48,977 nt of DNA, taken from assembly GCA_964621245.1 (NCBI GenBank), contig CAZULO010000003.1:1-48977 (forward strand), read 5' to 3'. Below, piece after piece: positions 19,868 to 29,113 of the stretch. The DNA is from an uncultured Flavobacterium sp. (GTDB lineage Bacteria; Bacteroidota; Bacteroidia; Flavobacteriales; Flavobacteriaceae). Below the pieces are notes generated by a model. That model searched no databases. It had not been told where the DNA came from and was given only the letters and a program-made list of their open reading frames with translations. How positions within the stretch are numbered: position 1 is the stretch's first letter; the number at the start of each line of letters is the position of its first letter. The translations under genes and the position numbers were made by a program.

Positions 19868-20959
19868 ATGGCTAAAGTTGTATTACTTTCTAAATCGCCT
19901 ATTCCTTATAGTAAAATAGGAAGTTGGACAACAATGTATCACAATTATATTTTAAACAACCATAAAATAGATTACCTTATTTGTGAAGAACCATATCGTA
20001 GATTAGAAAATATAGATTATTTAATTGTTACAAATAGATTAAGAGATAAGATTAATCGAAAGTTTTTTAACAAAAAACATCATAATTATTTTAGGGCATT
20101 AAATACCTTATTTAATAAAGAAGAATCATTAATTATTCAAATAGTGGATAACTTTGGAATAATTAAAGATTTGGAACAATATCTTAATAAGGTAGGTAAA
20201 AGAAATCAATGTTATATTCAGTTTTTTTATCATGGATTTCCTCCGTTCTATGAAAATTTTTATAGTAGATCATTTTATGAATTTATTGATGAAATGGTTT
20301 TGTTAACCCGTGATAGTTATGATGTACACAAGTCATATTACACGGTGTTGCCTTGTAGATTTTCGATATTACACAATGGTATAGACGCTTCTAAATTTTA
20401 TAAAATATCCTCTTTGGATAAAGTTGAGTTAAGAAAAAAAATGGGTTTTTCGGATGAAAAAATATTTATTTGGTGTTCACAAGACAGGCCTAAAAAAGGA
20501 TTAGATTTCATTTTAAGTGTGTGGAAACAAATTTACAATGAAAGTTTAAATATTAAATTAATTGTGGTAGGCGCGACAAGAGAAAACAAATACAAAGGAG
20601 TTACGTTTTATGGAAAAATACCGAATAATGAGATGCCATGTTATTATCAAATATCAGATGTGTATTTGTTTCCTACATTATGTCATGAGGGATTTGGATT
20701 AAGTTTAATAGAAGCCTTACACTCAGGTTGTTATTGTATCGCTTCAAATTTAGGAGGAGTTTCAGAGGTATTGGGGTATGGTAAGTACGGTCAATTAATA
20801 ACTAATCCACATATAGAAGATGAATGGATTTTAGCGATACAGAATTTTATTGAAAATAAAAATGAGATTAAATTTTTTCCATCAGAATTATATACAAGCT
20901 TAGTATGGAATAAAGAAATGAATTTATTGATAGAAAAGACTAAAAGCAGATTAGAATAA
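19868..20959 (+). CDS. GT4-family glycosyltransferase
   Basis: LHNGID, RPKKG, EGFGLSLIEALHSG, GGVSEV. Confidence 0.85.
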   Translation: MAKVVLLSKSPIPYSKIGSWTTMYHNYILNNHKIDYLICEEPYRRLENIDYLIVTNRLRDKINRKFFNKKHHNYFRALNTLFNKEESLIIQIVDNFGIIKDLEQYLNKVGKRNQCYIQFFYHGFPPFYENFYSRSFYEFIDEMVLLTRDSYDVHKSYYTVLPCRFSILHNGIDASKFYKISSLDKVELRKKMGFSDEKIFIWCSQDRPKKGLDFILSVWKQIYNESLNIKLIVVGATRENKYKGVTFYGKIPNNEMPCYYQISDVYLFPTLCHEGFGLSLIEALHSGCYCIASNLGGVSEVLGYGKYGQLITNPHIEDEWILAIQNFIENKNEIKFFPSELYTSLVWNKEMNLLIEKTKSRLE

Positions 20960-20978
20960 TTAAAAATAAACATCAATT

Positions 20979-21947
20979 TTGAAAATTTTAATAGTCGGTA
21001 GTGGTTCAATTGGTATGCGGCATTTGAAAAATTGTTTAGCTTTAAGTTGTAATGACATAACTGTGGTAAGTAGAAATAAAACTACTATTACTGATTTTAA
21101 TAATATTAAAGTTTGTAATTCAATAAAAAATGCATTTTTAAACAATCAAGTTTATGATGCGGCTATTGTTGCAACTCCATCTTCTTTACATATTGAAAAT
21201 ACTATTGAATTAATAACTAAAGGAGTTAAGAAAATATATGTTGAAAAACCAGTTTCAAGTACTTTAGATTTTACTTATGATTTGGTCAAATTAGTAAACA
21301 AAAATAAGGTTATAATTTTTGTTGGGTACGATTTAAAATTCGATCCAGGATTGAATAAAGTAAAACAATTATTAGACAATAAAACCATTGGAAATATAAT
21401 TAGCGTTCAAGCAGAAGTTGGTCAATATTTACCAGATTGGCGAAAAGGAACAAATTACAAAGAAGGAATGAGCGCAAAAGTAAATCTTGGTGGTGGCGTT
21501 ATGCTCGATTTAATTCATGAGTTTGATTACTTACAATGGTTGCTCGGAACTTATAAAAAAATAGTTGGTTTCAATAAAAAAATAGAGCATTTAGATATTG
21601 AAACAGAAGGAATTGCCGTTACAATTTTTGAAACAAACAAAGGTGTTTTAGGAATGTTGTCTTTAGATTACATACAAAAAGAATTGAATAGAAATGCTAA
21701 ATTCATTGGCGATTTTGGAACCATAACTTGGAATTATGTAACTGCTCAAGTAAAGTGGAAATCACATACTGATGATAATTGGAATAACTTTGATTATCAA
21801 GATTTTGATAGAAATGATAGATTTATAATGATTATGAATGCATTTTTAAAAGCTTCAAGTCACGATTTTGATTCAAGATTAACTGGACTTGAAGAATCAT
21901 TAGTATCTTTAAAAGCGGTAATCGATTCAAAAAATTCTAGTAATTAA
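20979..21947 (+). CDS. Gfo/Idh/MocA-family NAD(P) oxidoreductase, PtmF/ElaA-like (TTG start)
   Basis: IVGSGSIGMRH, VEKP, YLPDWR...SAKVNLGGGVMLDLIHEFD. The last stretch resembles Campylobacter PtmF as I recall it. Confidence 0.8.
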   Translation: MKILIVGSGSIGMRHLKNCLALSCNDITVVSRNKTTITDFNNIKVCNSIKNAFLNNQVYDAAIVATPSSLHIENTIELITKGVKKIYVEKPVSSTLDFTYDLVKLVNKNKVIIFVGYDLKFDPGLNKVKQLLDNKTIGNIISVQAEVGQYLPDWRKGTNYKEGMSAKVNLGGGVMLDLIHEFDYLQWLLGTYKKIVGFNKKIEHLDIETEGIAVTIFETNKGVLGMLSLDYIQKELNRNAKFIGDFGTITWNYVTAQVKWKSHTDDNWNNFDYQDFDRNDRFIMIMNAFLKASSHDFDSRLTGLEESLVSLKAVIDSKNSSN

Positions 21948-21958
21948 TAAAATAGAAA

Positions 21959-22660
21959 ATGATACTTTGTTCAATATGTGTTCGTGGTGGTTCAAAAGGA
22001 GTTCCAAAAAAGAATATTAAAATCTTAAATGGAAATCCATTGCTTTTTTATACCATCGATTGTGCAAAAAAAGCAAATTTTATTGATGATATTGTAATTT
22101 CATCTGATAGTGATGAAATGCTAGAAATGGGTGAAAATTTTGGAATTGAAAACACAATCAAACGACCTGAAAAATTCGCTACAGATTCGGCTTCAAAATG
22201 GGATGTTTTCATTCATTTGGTAGAAGAATATGAGCAAAAAACTGGAAAAACAGTTGATTATTTAGTCGATTTAGATGTAACAGTTCCACTAAGAAAACCA
22301 GAACACATTGAAGGTGCAATTCAAATAATGTTAAATAATGTTACTGATGTTGTAATTACTGGTTACGAACCAGAAAGAAATCCGTATTTTAACATGATGG
22401 AAATTACCGAAAATAATTATGCTAAAATTGTAAAAAAATCAGAAAAACCTATTGTTTGTCGACAAGATGCGCCAGTTGTTTACAGCTTAACTCCAGCAGT
22501 TTATGTTATGAAAAAAAGTGTGTTGTATGAATACAAACATTGGTCAGATGCAAAATGCATGATTTATGAAATTCCACGTGAAAACGCAATTGATATTGAT
22601 ACCGAATTTGATTTTAAACTGGTTGAATATATAATGAAAAACCAAGCAAACCATGAATAA
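21959..22660 (+). CDS. neuA: Acylneuraminate cytidylyltransferase (CMP-nonulosonate synthetase), PtmB/ElaB-like subtype
   Basis: ICVRGGSKGVPKKN, RP..ATD, DLDVTVPLR, RNPYFNM, RQDAP, DIDTEFDF. ILCxIC and DLD...PLR differ from the IPARGGSK / LQPTSPLR of typical NeuA. Confidence 0.85.
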   Translation: MILCSICVRGGSKGVPKKNIKILNGNPLLFYTIDCAKKANFIDDIVISSDSDEMLEMGENFGIENTIKRPEKFATDSASKWDVFIHLVEEYEQKTGKTVDYLVDLDVTVPLRKPEHIEGAIQIMLNNVTDVVITGYEPERNPYFNMMEITENNYAKIVKKSEKPIVCRQDAPVVYSLTPAVYVMKKSVLYEYKHWSDAKCMIYEIPRENAIDIDTEFDFKLVEYIMKNQANHE

Positions 22661-23447
22661 TTTATTTGATTTAACGGGTAAAATTGCCTTAATAACTGGT
22701 GGTGCAGGATTATTAGCATCTGAACATGCAATTGCTTTAGCAGAATATGGTGCAAAAGTAATTATCAGTGATGTAAACGTTGATTCTTGCAATCAAAAAA
22801 AGGAAAAACTAAAGGAAATTGGAGTAGAAGTAGAAGTCATGCAACTTGATGTTACTTCAAAAGACAATTGGAATACGGTTGTAAATCAAATTATTGAAAA
22901 GCACAACCACATTGATATTTTGGTAAATAATGCTGGATTTACAAATCAAAGTAAAACAAGTTCATTCGATAAATCGTTTGAGAATTTCCCGTTAGAAGAT
23001 TGGAATGCAATCATGAATGTAAACTTAACGGGAACTTTTTTAGGTTGCCAGGTTGTTGGTGCTCAAATGCTAAAACAAAAAAAAGGAAGCATCATTAACA
23101 TCGCTTCTTTATATGGAGTTGTGAGTCCAAACCATAAAATGTATCCAGGAACTGGAATTTCTCAGCCAGTTGCTTATAGTGTTAGTAAACATGGGGTTGT
23201 TTCTTTAACTAAATATTTAGCAACTTTATGGGCAGAAAATGGAATTCGTGTAAATAGTTTAACGCCAGGCGGAATTTTTAACGGACATGATGGTTTATTT
23301 TTAGAACGTTTTAAAAATTTAAACCCAATTGGTAGGATGAGTGATAAATCTGAATTACGCGGAGGAATTGTATATTTGGCAAGTGAAGCAAGTAGTCATG
23401 TTGTTGGACATAATTTAATAATCGATGGCGGTTGGACTGCATGGTAA
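22653..23447 (+). CDS. SDR-family oxidoreductase, PtmA/ElaC-like
   Basis: TGGAGLLA, VNNAG, YSVSK (YxxxK), IRVNSLTPGGI, IDGGW. Confidence 0.82.
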   Translation: MNNLFDLTGKIALITGGAGLLASEHAIALAEYGAKVIISDVNVDSCNQKKEKLKEIGVEVEVMQLDVTSKDNWNTVVNQIIEKHNHIDILVNNAGFTNQSKTSSFDKSFENFPLEDWNAIMNVNLTGTFLGCQVVGAQMLKQKKGSIINIASLYGVVSPNHKMYPGTGISQPVAYSVSKHGVVSLTKYLATLWAENGIRVNSLTPGGIFNGHDGLFLERFKNLNPIGRMSDKSELRGGIVYLASEASSHVVGHNLIIDGGWTAW

Positions 23448-23458
23448 AATAAATTAAA

Positions 23459-24502
23459 ATGAATAATCCTTATATAGAAATAGCTGGAAGAAAAATTGGA
23501 CTTGATTTTCCTCCATTAGTAATTGCCGAAATTGGAATCAATCATGAAGGTTCACTAAAAGTTGCAAAAGAAATGGTTGATGCAGCTTTTCGTGCTGGAG
23601 TTGAAGTGGTAAAACACCAAACTCATATTGTTGCTGACGAAATGAGTGCTACTGCAAAAAAAGTAATTCCAGGAAATGCAGACGTTTCTATTTATGAAAT
23701 AATGGACAGATGTTCATTAAATGAAGCTGATGAATTTGAATTAAAAAATTATGTAGAAAGCAAAGGAATGATTTTTATTTCTACTCCTTTTTCTCGTGCT
23801 GCAGCAGAAAGATTACGCAAATTTGATATTCCTGCTTATAAAATCGGTTCTGGTGAATGTAATAATTATCCGCTTTTAGAACACATTTGTAGTTTTGGAA
23901 AACCTGTAATTTTAAGCACAGGAATGAATACTATTGAAAGTGTTCAAAAAGCAGTAGCAATTTTTGACAAACATAAAATTCCAGTTGCCTTATTGCATAC
24001 CACAAATTTATATCCAACACCAATTCACTTAGTGCGTTTTGGTGCAATGACACAATTACACAATGCTTTTCCAGATAAAGTTTTTGGACTTTCAGATCAC
24101 ACTTTAAACAACAATGCTTGTCTTGGTGCTGTTGCTCTTGGCGGAAGTATTTTAGAAAGACATTTCACAGACACCATGCAGCGAACTGGTCCAGATATTG
24201 TTTGCAGTATGGATGAAAAAACTTGCGCGGAATTAATCATTTCTTCAAATGAAATGTGGCAAATGCGTGGCGGAACTAAAGAACCAGCAAAAGAAGAACA
24301 AGTAACCATAGATTTTGCTTTTGCAACTGTTTGTAGTATTGCTCCAATCAAAAAAGGAGAAACTTTAACCAAAGAAAATATTTGGGTAAAACGACCAGGA
24401 ACGGGAAAAATTTTAGCCGAACATTTCAATGATGTAATTGGAAAAGTAGCTTCACGAGATATAGCAAACGATGAACAATTAGATTTTAATGATTTTGAAT
24501 AA
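23459..24502 (+). CDS. neuB: N-acetylneuraminate synthase with C-terminal SAF/AFP-like domain, Neisseria SiaC-like
   Basis: [66 protein letters not shown]...[14 protein letters not shown]. These closely follow N. meningitidis SiaC as recalled. Confidence 0.92.
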   Translation: MNNPYIEIAGRKIGLDFPPLVIAEIGINHEGSLKVAKEMVDAAFRAGVEVVKHQTHIVADEMSATAKKVIPGNADVSIYEIMDRCSLNEADEFELKNYVESKGMIFISTPFSRAAAERLRKFDIPAYKIGSGECNNYPLLEHICSFGKPVILSTGMNTIESVQKAVAIFDKHKIPVALLHTTNLYPTPIHLVRFGAMTQLHNAFPDKVFGLSDHTLNNNACLGAVALGGSILERHFTDTMQRTGPDIVCSMDEKTCAELIISSNEMWQMRGGTKEPAKEEQVTIDFAFATVCSIAPIKKGETLTKENIWVKRPGTGKILAEHFNDVIGKVASRDIANDEQLDFNDFE

Positions 24503-25625
24503 GAAAATCCTATTTCTCACTGGTACTAGAGCCGATTTCGGTAAAATAAAATCGCTGATTTCAATTTTAGATGAACATTCTGATTTTGAAGTTTATGTTT
24601 TTGTAACTGGTATGCATTTACAAAAAGAATACGGATATACATTGATTGAAATAGAACGTTGCAACTATAAAAACATGCATACTTTTGAAAACCATACACA
24701 TGAAACTACAATGGATTTAACGCTAGCAAAAACCATTGAAGGTTTGTCAGGTTATTGCAAGAATGTAAATCCAGATATGATTTTAGTTCATGGCGATAGA
24801 GTAGAAACACTTGCTGGTGCTATTGTAGGTTCGTTAAACAATATTTTAGTTGCTCATATTGAAGGAGGAGAATTATCTGGAACAGTAGATGAATTAATTC
24901 GGCATAGTGTTTCTAAATTGAGTCATATTCATTTTGTTTCCAATAGTGAAGCTGCAAAAAGAGTTTTACAAATGGGTGAAAAAAAATCATCTATTTTCAC
25001 AATTGGTTCGCCTGATGTTGACATTATGTTTTCTGATGGTTTGCCATCAATTGAGGTTGCCAAAAAGTATTATGAAATTCCATTTGAAGATTATGCAATT
25101 GTTATGTTTCATCCAGTTACTACTGAGGTGAATGAGATGAAAGAATATATTGATAACTTTGTAACCGCTTTGTTAAATGACAATCACAATTATATAGTGA
25201 TTTATCCAAACAATGATTTAGGAAGCCAATTTATAATTGAAAACTATAAAAAATTAAAAGGCAATTCTCGATTTAGAGTTTTCCCATCGTTGCGATTCGA
25301 ATATTTTTTAAGCTTACTCAAGCATTCACAATTTATCATTGGAAATAGTAGTGCAGGAATTAGAGAAGCACCCTATTTTGGAATTCCAATAATAAATATC
25401 GGAACACGCCAACAAAATAGAGCTTTGCATGCTGATATAATAAATGTAAATTATACCGAAAGTGAAATTTCAAAAGCACTTAAAAACATAGACAAGCATC
25501 AAGCACAAAACTCAAATCATGATTTTGGAAAAGGCAATAGCGCACAATTGTTTTTAAAATCACTAAAATCAGAAACTATTTGGAAAATAAATCACCAAAA
25601 ACAGTTCGAAGATATAAATAATTAA
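24489..25625 (+). CDS. neuC: UDP-N-acetylglucosamine 2-epimerase, hydrolysing (ManNAc-forming), Neisseria SiaA-like
   Basis: [74 protein letters not shown]. Confidence 0.92.
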   Translation: MILNKKILFLTGTRADFGKIKSLISILDEHSDFEVYVFVTGMHLQKEYGYTLIEIERCNYKNMHTFENHTHETTMDLTLAKTIEGLSGYCKNVNPDMILVHGDRVETLAGAIVGSLNNILVAHIEGGELSGTVDELIRHSVSKLSHIHFVSNSEAAKRVLQMGEKKSSIFTIGSPDVDIMFSDGLPSIEVAKKYYEIPFEDYAIVMFHPVTTEVNEMKEYIDNFVTALLNDNHNYIVIYPNNDLGSQFIIENYKKLKGNSRFRVFPSLRFEYFLSLLKHSQFIIGNSSAGIREAPYFGIPIINIGTRQQNRALHADIINVNYTESEISKALKNIDKHQAQNSNHDFGKGNSAQLFLKSLKSETIWKINHQKQFEDINN

Positions 25626-26531
25626 ATGAAAAAAATAATAGTAGTAGTTCTTAAATTATTGTTACCAACTAAAATAGTTTTAAACTTAAGAAGTTTATAT
25701 ACATCATATTTAAATGCTAAAAAAAATGAAAATTTAAAGAGCAATATAATAAAATTTCACGCGAATAGTACTGATATAGAAGTTAAGGAAATAGTTGGAT
25801 TTTTAGTAAAAAATGATTTACAGGTATTTCCATATGATTTCACAAAGAAGTATAAAAAAGAATCAATTGAGGTTTTCTTAGATGAAAAAAATGGATTGAA
25901 ATACGTCATTCATGAAAACAAGAAACTTTATTTCAAAAGAAAAATGTCCTCTCAGGTTATTAGGAGTTTATATTCGGGCTTATTAATAGATCAAGACGAT
26001 AAATCACCACATTTATACCTGACTGATAAATTTGATTTAAAGGCGGATGATATTATTGCGGATATAGGTGCGGCTGAAGGTAATTTTTCATTATCCAATG
26101 TGGATAGGGTAAAGAAAATATACATTTTTGAGTATGACCTAGAATGGATAGAAGCATTGAAGGAAACTTTTAAGCCTTGGGCACATAAGGTTGAGATTAT
26201 ACCCAAATTCGTTACGAATTATGATTCAGACTCAACAATAAATATTAATACGTTTTATAATAAAAATGATAAAATCACTTTTTTTAAAGTTGATATTGAG
26301 GGAGAAGAACAAAAGTTTATTGATGCTTGTAAACCATTATTTGAGTCCAAAGTACAATTAAAAATAGTTATTTGTACTTATCATAAAGAAGTCGATGAGA
26401 AAAGTTTTACAAAACAATTTGTTAAAAATGGATTTCAAGTATCATGTTCTAATGGATATATGATTTTTTATTTTGACAATGATTTAAAACCTCCTTACCT
26501 AAGGAGGGGATTACTTCGTTGTTCAAAGTAG
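25626..26531 (+). CDS. FkbM-family methyltransferase
   Basis: IADIGAAEGNF, YIFE, FKVDIEGEE, ICTYH. Confidence 0.78.
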   Translation: MKKIIVVVLKLLLPTKIVLNLRSLYTSYLNAKKNENLKSNIIKFHANSTDIEVKEIVGFLVKNDLQVFPYDFTKKYKKESIEVFLDEKNGLKYVIHENKKLYFKRKMSSQVIRSLYSGLLIDQDDKSPHLYLTDKFDLKADDIIADIGAAEGNFSLSNVDRVKKIYIFEYDLEWIEALKETFKPWAHKVEIIPKFVTNYDSDSTININTFYNKNDKITFFKVDIEGEEQKFIDACKPLFESKVQLKIVICTYHKEVDEKSFTKQFVKNGFQVSCSNGYMIFYFDNDLKPPYLRRGLLRCSK

Positions 26532-26555
26532 TAATGTTATAAATAGAGAGGTTTT

Positions 26556-27950
26556 ATGGAAAATAAAAAAAAAGTATTTGTTTTTTTACCAGATGGTGTA
26601 GGACTCAGAAATTTTGCGTTTACAAAATTTAAAGAAGTGGGTTGTTTACAAAATTTCGAAGTCGTTTATTGGAATAAAACTGATTTTGATTTAACAGAGA
26701 TAGGATTGACTGAGATTAAAGTATCAAAATTAAAATCACATTTTTTAACAGATTTATTTAAAAGAGCTAAAATAGAAATAGAATTAAATAGTTTTAAAAC
26801 TCGTTTTTCGGATCAGGTTTATGATTCGTACAAATTCCCAACATATAAAGGGAACTTTAAAGCCTACATTAAGTTTGTTTTGGTTAAGGTATTAATTTTG
26901 TTTTTTCAATTTAAAAGAGGACATAGAATTTTACAACATTTAATGAATTTTTCGGAAAAACGAACGTCCTATTATAAACAATGTTTAGCACAATTGAAAA
27001 AAGAAAAACCAGCTTTTATTTTTTGTACAAATCAAAGGCCTGTTTTAGCTATCTCGCCAATACTTGCAGCTAAAGAGATAGGAATACCAACAGCTACATT
27101 TATTTTTTCGTGGGATAACTTACCTAAGGCAACTTTAGTAATTGAAACAGATTATTACTTTGTTTGGAGTAAACACATGAAAGAAGAACTTCTAAAATAT
27201 TATCCACATATAAAAGAAAATCAGGTAAAGATAACAGGAACGCCACAGTTTGAGCCTCATTATCAAGAAAATTTAATTATTTCAAAACAAGAATTTTTTA
27301 AAAAATACAATTTAGATGAGAATAAAAAATATATCTGTTTTTCAGGAGATGATGAAGTTTCGAGTCCCAATGATCCAGAATATTTAAAAGATTTAGCAGA
27401 ATCCGTTTTAGAGTTAAATAAACATGGATATCAATTAGGAATTATATTTAGAAAATGTCCAGTAGATTTTTCGGGAAGATACAATCATGTTTTACATGAA
27501 TATAAAGAGGTAATCTGTTCGATAGATCCGCTCTGGAAAAAAAAAGGGGATTATTGGAATTCTGTAATGCCAACTAAAGAAGATTTAAGTTTATTAATAT
27601 CAACTATATTTTATTCAGAGTTTGTCATAAATGTAGGGTCGTCTATGGTGTTTGATTTTATTTGCTTCAATAAGACGTGCTGTTATGTTAACTATGATGT
27701 TCCTAATAGTATTAATCTCAATTGGAGCACGAATAAGAGTTATAATTTAGTTCATTTTAGATCAATGCCTTCTAAAGATTCAGTGGTTTGGATTAATTCC
27801 AAAGTAGATTTGGAAGATAAAATTAAAGCTGTAATCAAAGGGGAATTGAGTTCGGTTACCCAAGCGAAAGAATGGTTTGAAAAAATAGTAGTATATCCAG
27901 TTCAAAGATCGTCAGATAGAATTTGGAAAGCGATTGATGAACTTATATAA
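26556..27950 (+). CDS. Putative GT-B glycosyltransferase; candidate CMP-nonulosonate (sialyl)transferase
   Basis: FIFSWDNLPK, YYFVWS, ITGTPQF, INVGSSM resemble GT-B / TagF-like CMP/CDP-donor enzymes; lies just downstream of the neu genes. Confidence 0.55.
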   Translation: MENKKKVFVFLPDGVGLRNFAFTKFKEVGCLQNFEVVYWNKTDFDLTEIGLTEIKVSKLKSHFLTDLFKRAKIEIELNSFKTRFSDQVYDSYKFPTYKGNFKAYIKFVLVKVLILFFQFKRGHRILQHLMNFSEKRTSYYKQCLAQLKKEKPAFIFCTNQRPVLAISPILAAKEIGIPTATFIFSWDNLPKATLVIETDYYFVWSKHMKEELLKYYPHIKENQVKITGTPQFEPHYQENLIISKQEFFKKYNLDENKKYICFSGDDEVSSPNDPEYLKDLAESVLELNKHGYQLGIIFRKCPVDFSGRYNHVLHEYKEVICSIDPLWKKKGDYWNSVMPTKEDLSLLISTIFYSEFVINVGSSMVFDFICFNKTCCYVNYDVPNSINLNWSTNKSYNLVHFRSMPSKDSVVWINSKVDLEDKIKAVIKGELSSVTQAKEWFEKIVVYPVQRSSDRIWKAIDELI

Positions 27951-27958
27951 AATAAAAT

Positions 27959-29113
27959 ATGCATTTAGCCTTTTTAACCACAGAATATCCACATCCACAA
28001 ATTGAACATGCAGCAGGGATTGGTACAAGTATTAAAAATTTAGCTCTTGCATTAACACAAAAAGGGATTCGAGTTACAGTAATTGTTTATGGTCAAGATT
28101 CGGATACAAGATTTAAAGATGGGGGTATTGCTATTATCAAATTAAAAAATATTAAGTTAACAGGCTTGTCATGGTTGTTAACTCGAAAAAAAATTCAAAG
28201 AAAAATAAATGATTTAGTACTTAATGAAAAATTAAGTGCAGTAGAAGCACCAGATTGGACAGGAATAACATCATTTATAAATATTAAATGTCCTTTAATT
28301 ATTCGAATACATGGATCGGATACCTATTTTTGTAGTATTGAAGGTCGAAATGTTAAATTTTGGAATAAATTTCACGAGAAAAGAGCATTGCAAAAAGCCG
28401 ATGGGATACTCTCTGTTAGTAAATACGCTGCGGATAAAACACGAGAATTATTTGACTTAAAAAAAGAGATCAAAGTCATTCATAACGGTATAAATACCCA
28501 ATATTTTGAATCTTCAAAAGAAGAAATGACAACTAAAGAAGTCAAAACGATATTGTATTTTGGTACTTTGATACGAAAGAAAGGAGTTTTGGATATCCCT
28601 TTCATTTTTAATAAAGTACGAAATAATTTTGATGAAAATATAGAACTTATTTTAATTGGAGGAGATAGTGGAGATGTCAAAACAAATAGTAATTCTACTT
28701 GGGTGTTAATGAAAACAATGTTCTCTGAGGAATCGAAAGAAAATGTAAATTATTTGGGTAAGATTGAATATTCAGAAATAAAAAGGTGGATTGAGAATTC
28801 GACAGTATGTGTTTTTCCATCTTATGCGGAAGCATTACCAGTTTCTTGGTTAGAAGCTATGGCGATGCAAAAGGCAATTGTAGCTTCAGATATAGGTTGG
28901 GCTAAAGAGATGATAAAAGATAACGAGTCTGGTTTTTTGGTAAATCCCAAAAATCATGAGTTATTTGCTCAACGTATTATAACACTTTTAAATGATAATG
29001 AAAAATCAATAAAAATGGGTAATGCTGCAAGAAAAGCAGTTTTTGACAAATTTGACATTACCAATATAGCAGATCAAAATATTGAGTATTATATATCTAA
29101 GATCAAAAAATGA
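27959..29113 (+). CDS. GT4-family glycosyltransferase
   Basis: EYP, IHNGIN, FGTLIRKKG, PSYAEALPVSWLEAMAM, SGFLV. Confidence 0.88.
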   Translation: MHLAFLTTEYPHPQIEHAAGIGTSIKNLALALTQKGIRVTVIVYGQDSDTRFKDGGIAIIKLKNIKLTGLSWLLTRKKIQRKINDLVLNEKLSAVEAPDWTGITSFINIKCPLIIRIHGSDTYFCSIEGRNVKFWNKFHEKRALQKADGILSVSKYAADKTRELFDLKKEIKVIHNGINTQYFESSKEEMTTKEVKTILYFGTLIRKKGVLDIPFIFNKVRNNFDENIELILIGGDSGDVKTNSNSTWVLMKTMFSEESKENVNYLGKIEYSEIKRWIENSTVCVFPSYAEALPVSWLEAMAMQKAIVASDIGWAKEMIKDNESGFLVNPKNHELFAQRIITLLNDNEKSIKMGNAARKAVFDKFDITNIADQNIEYYISKIKK

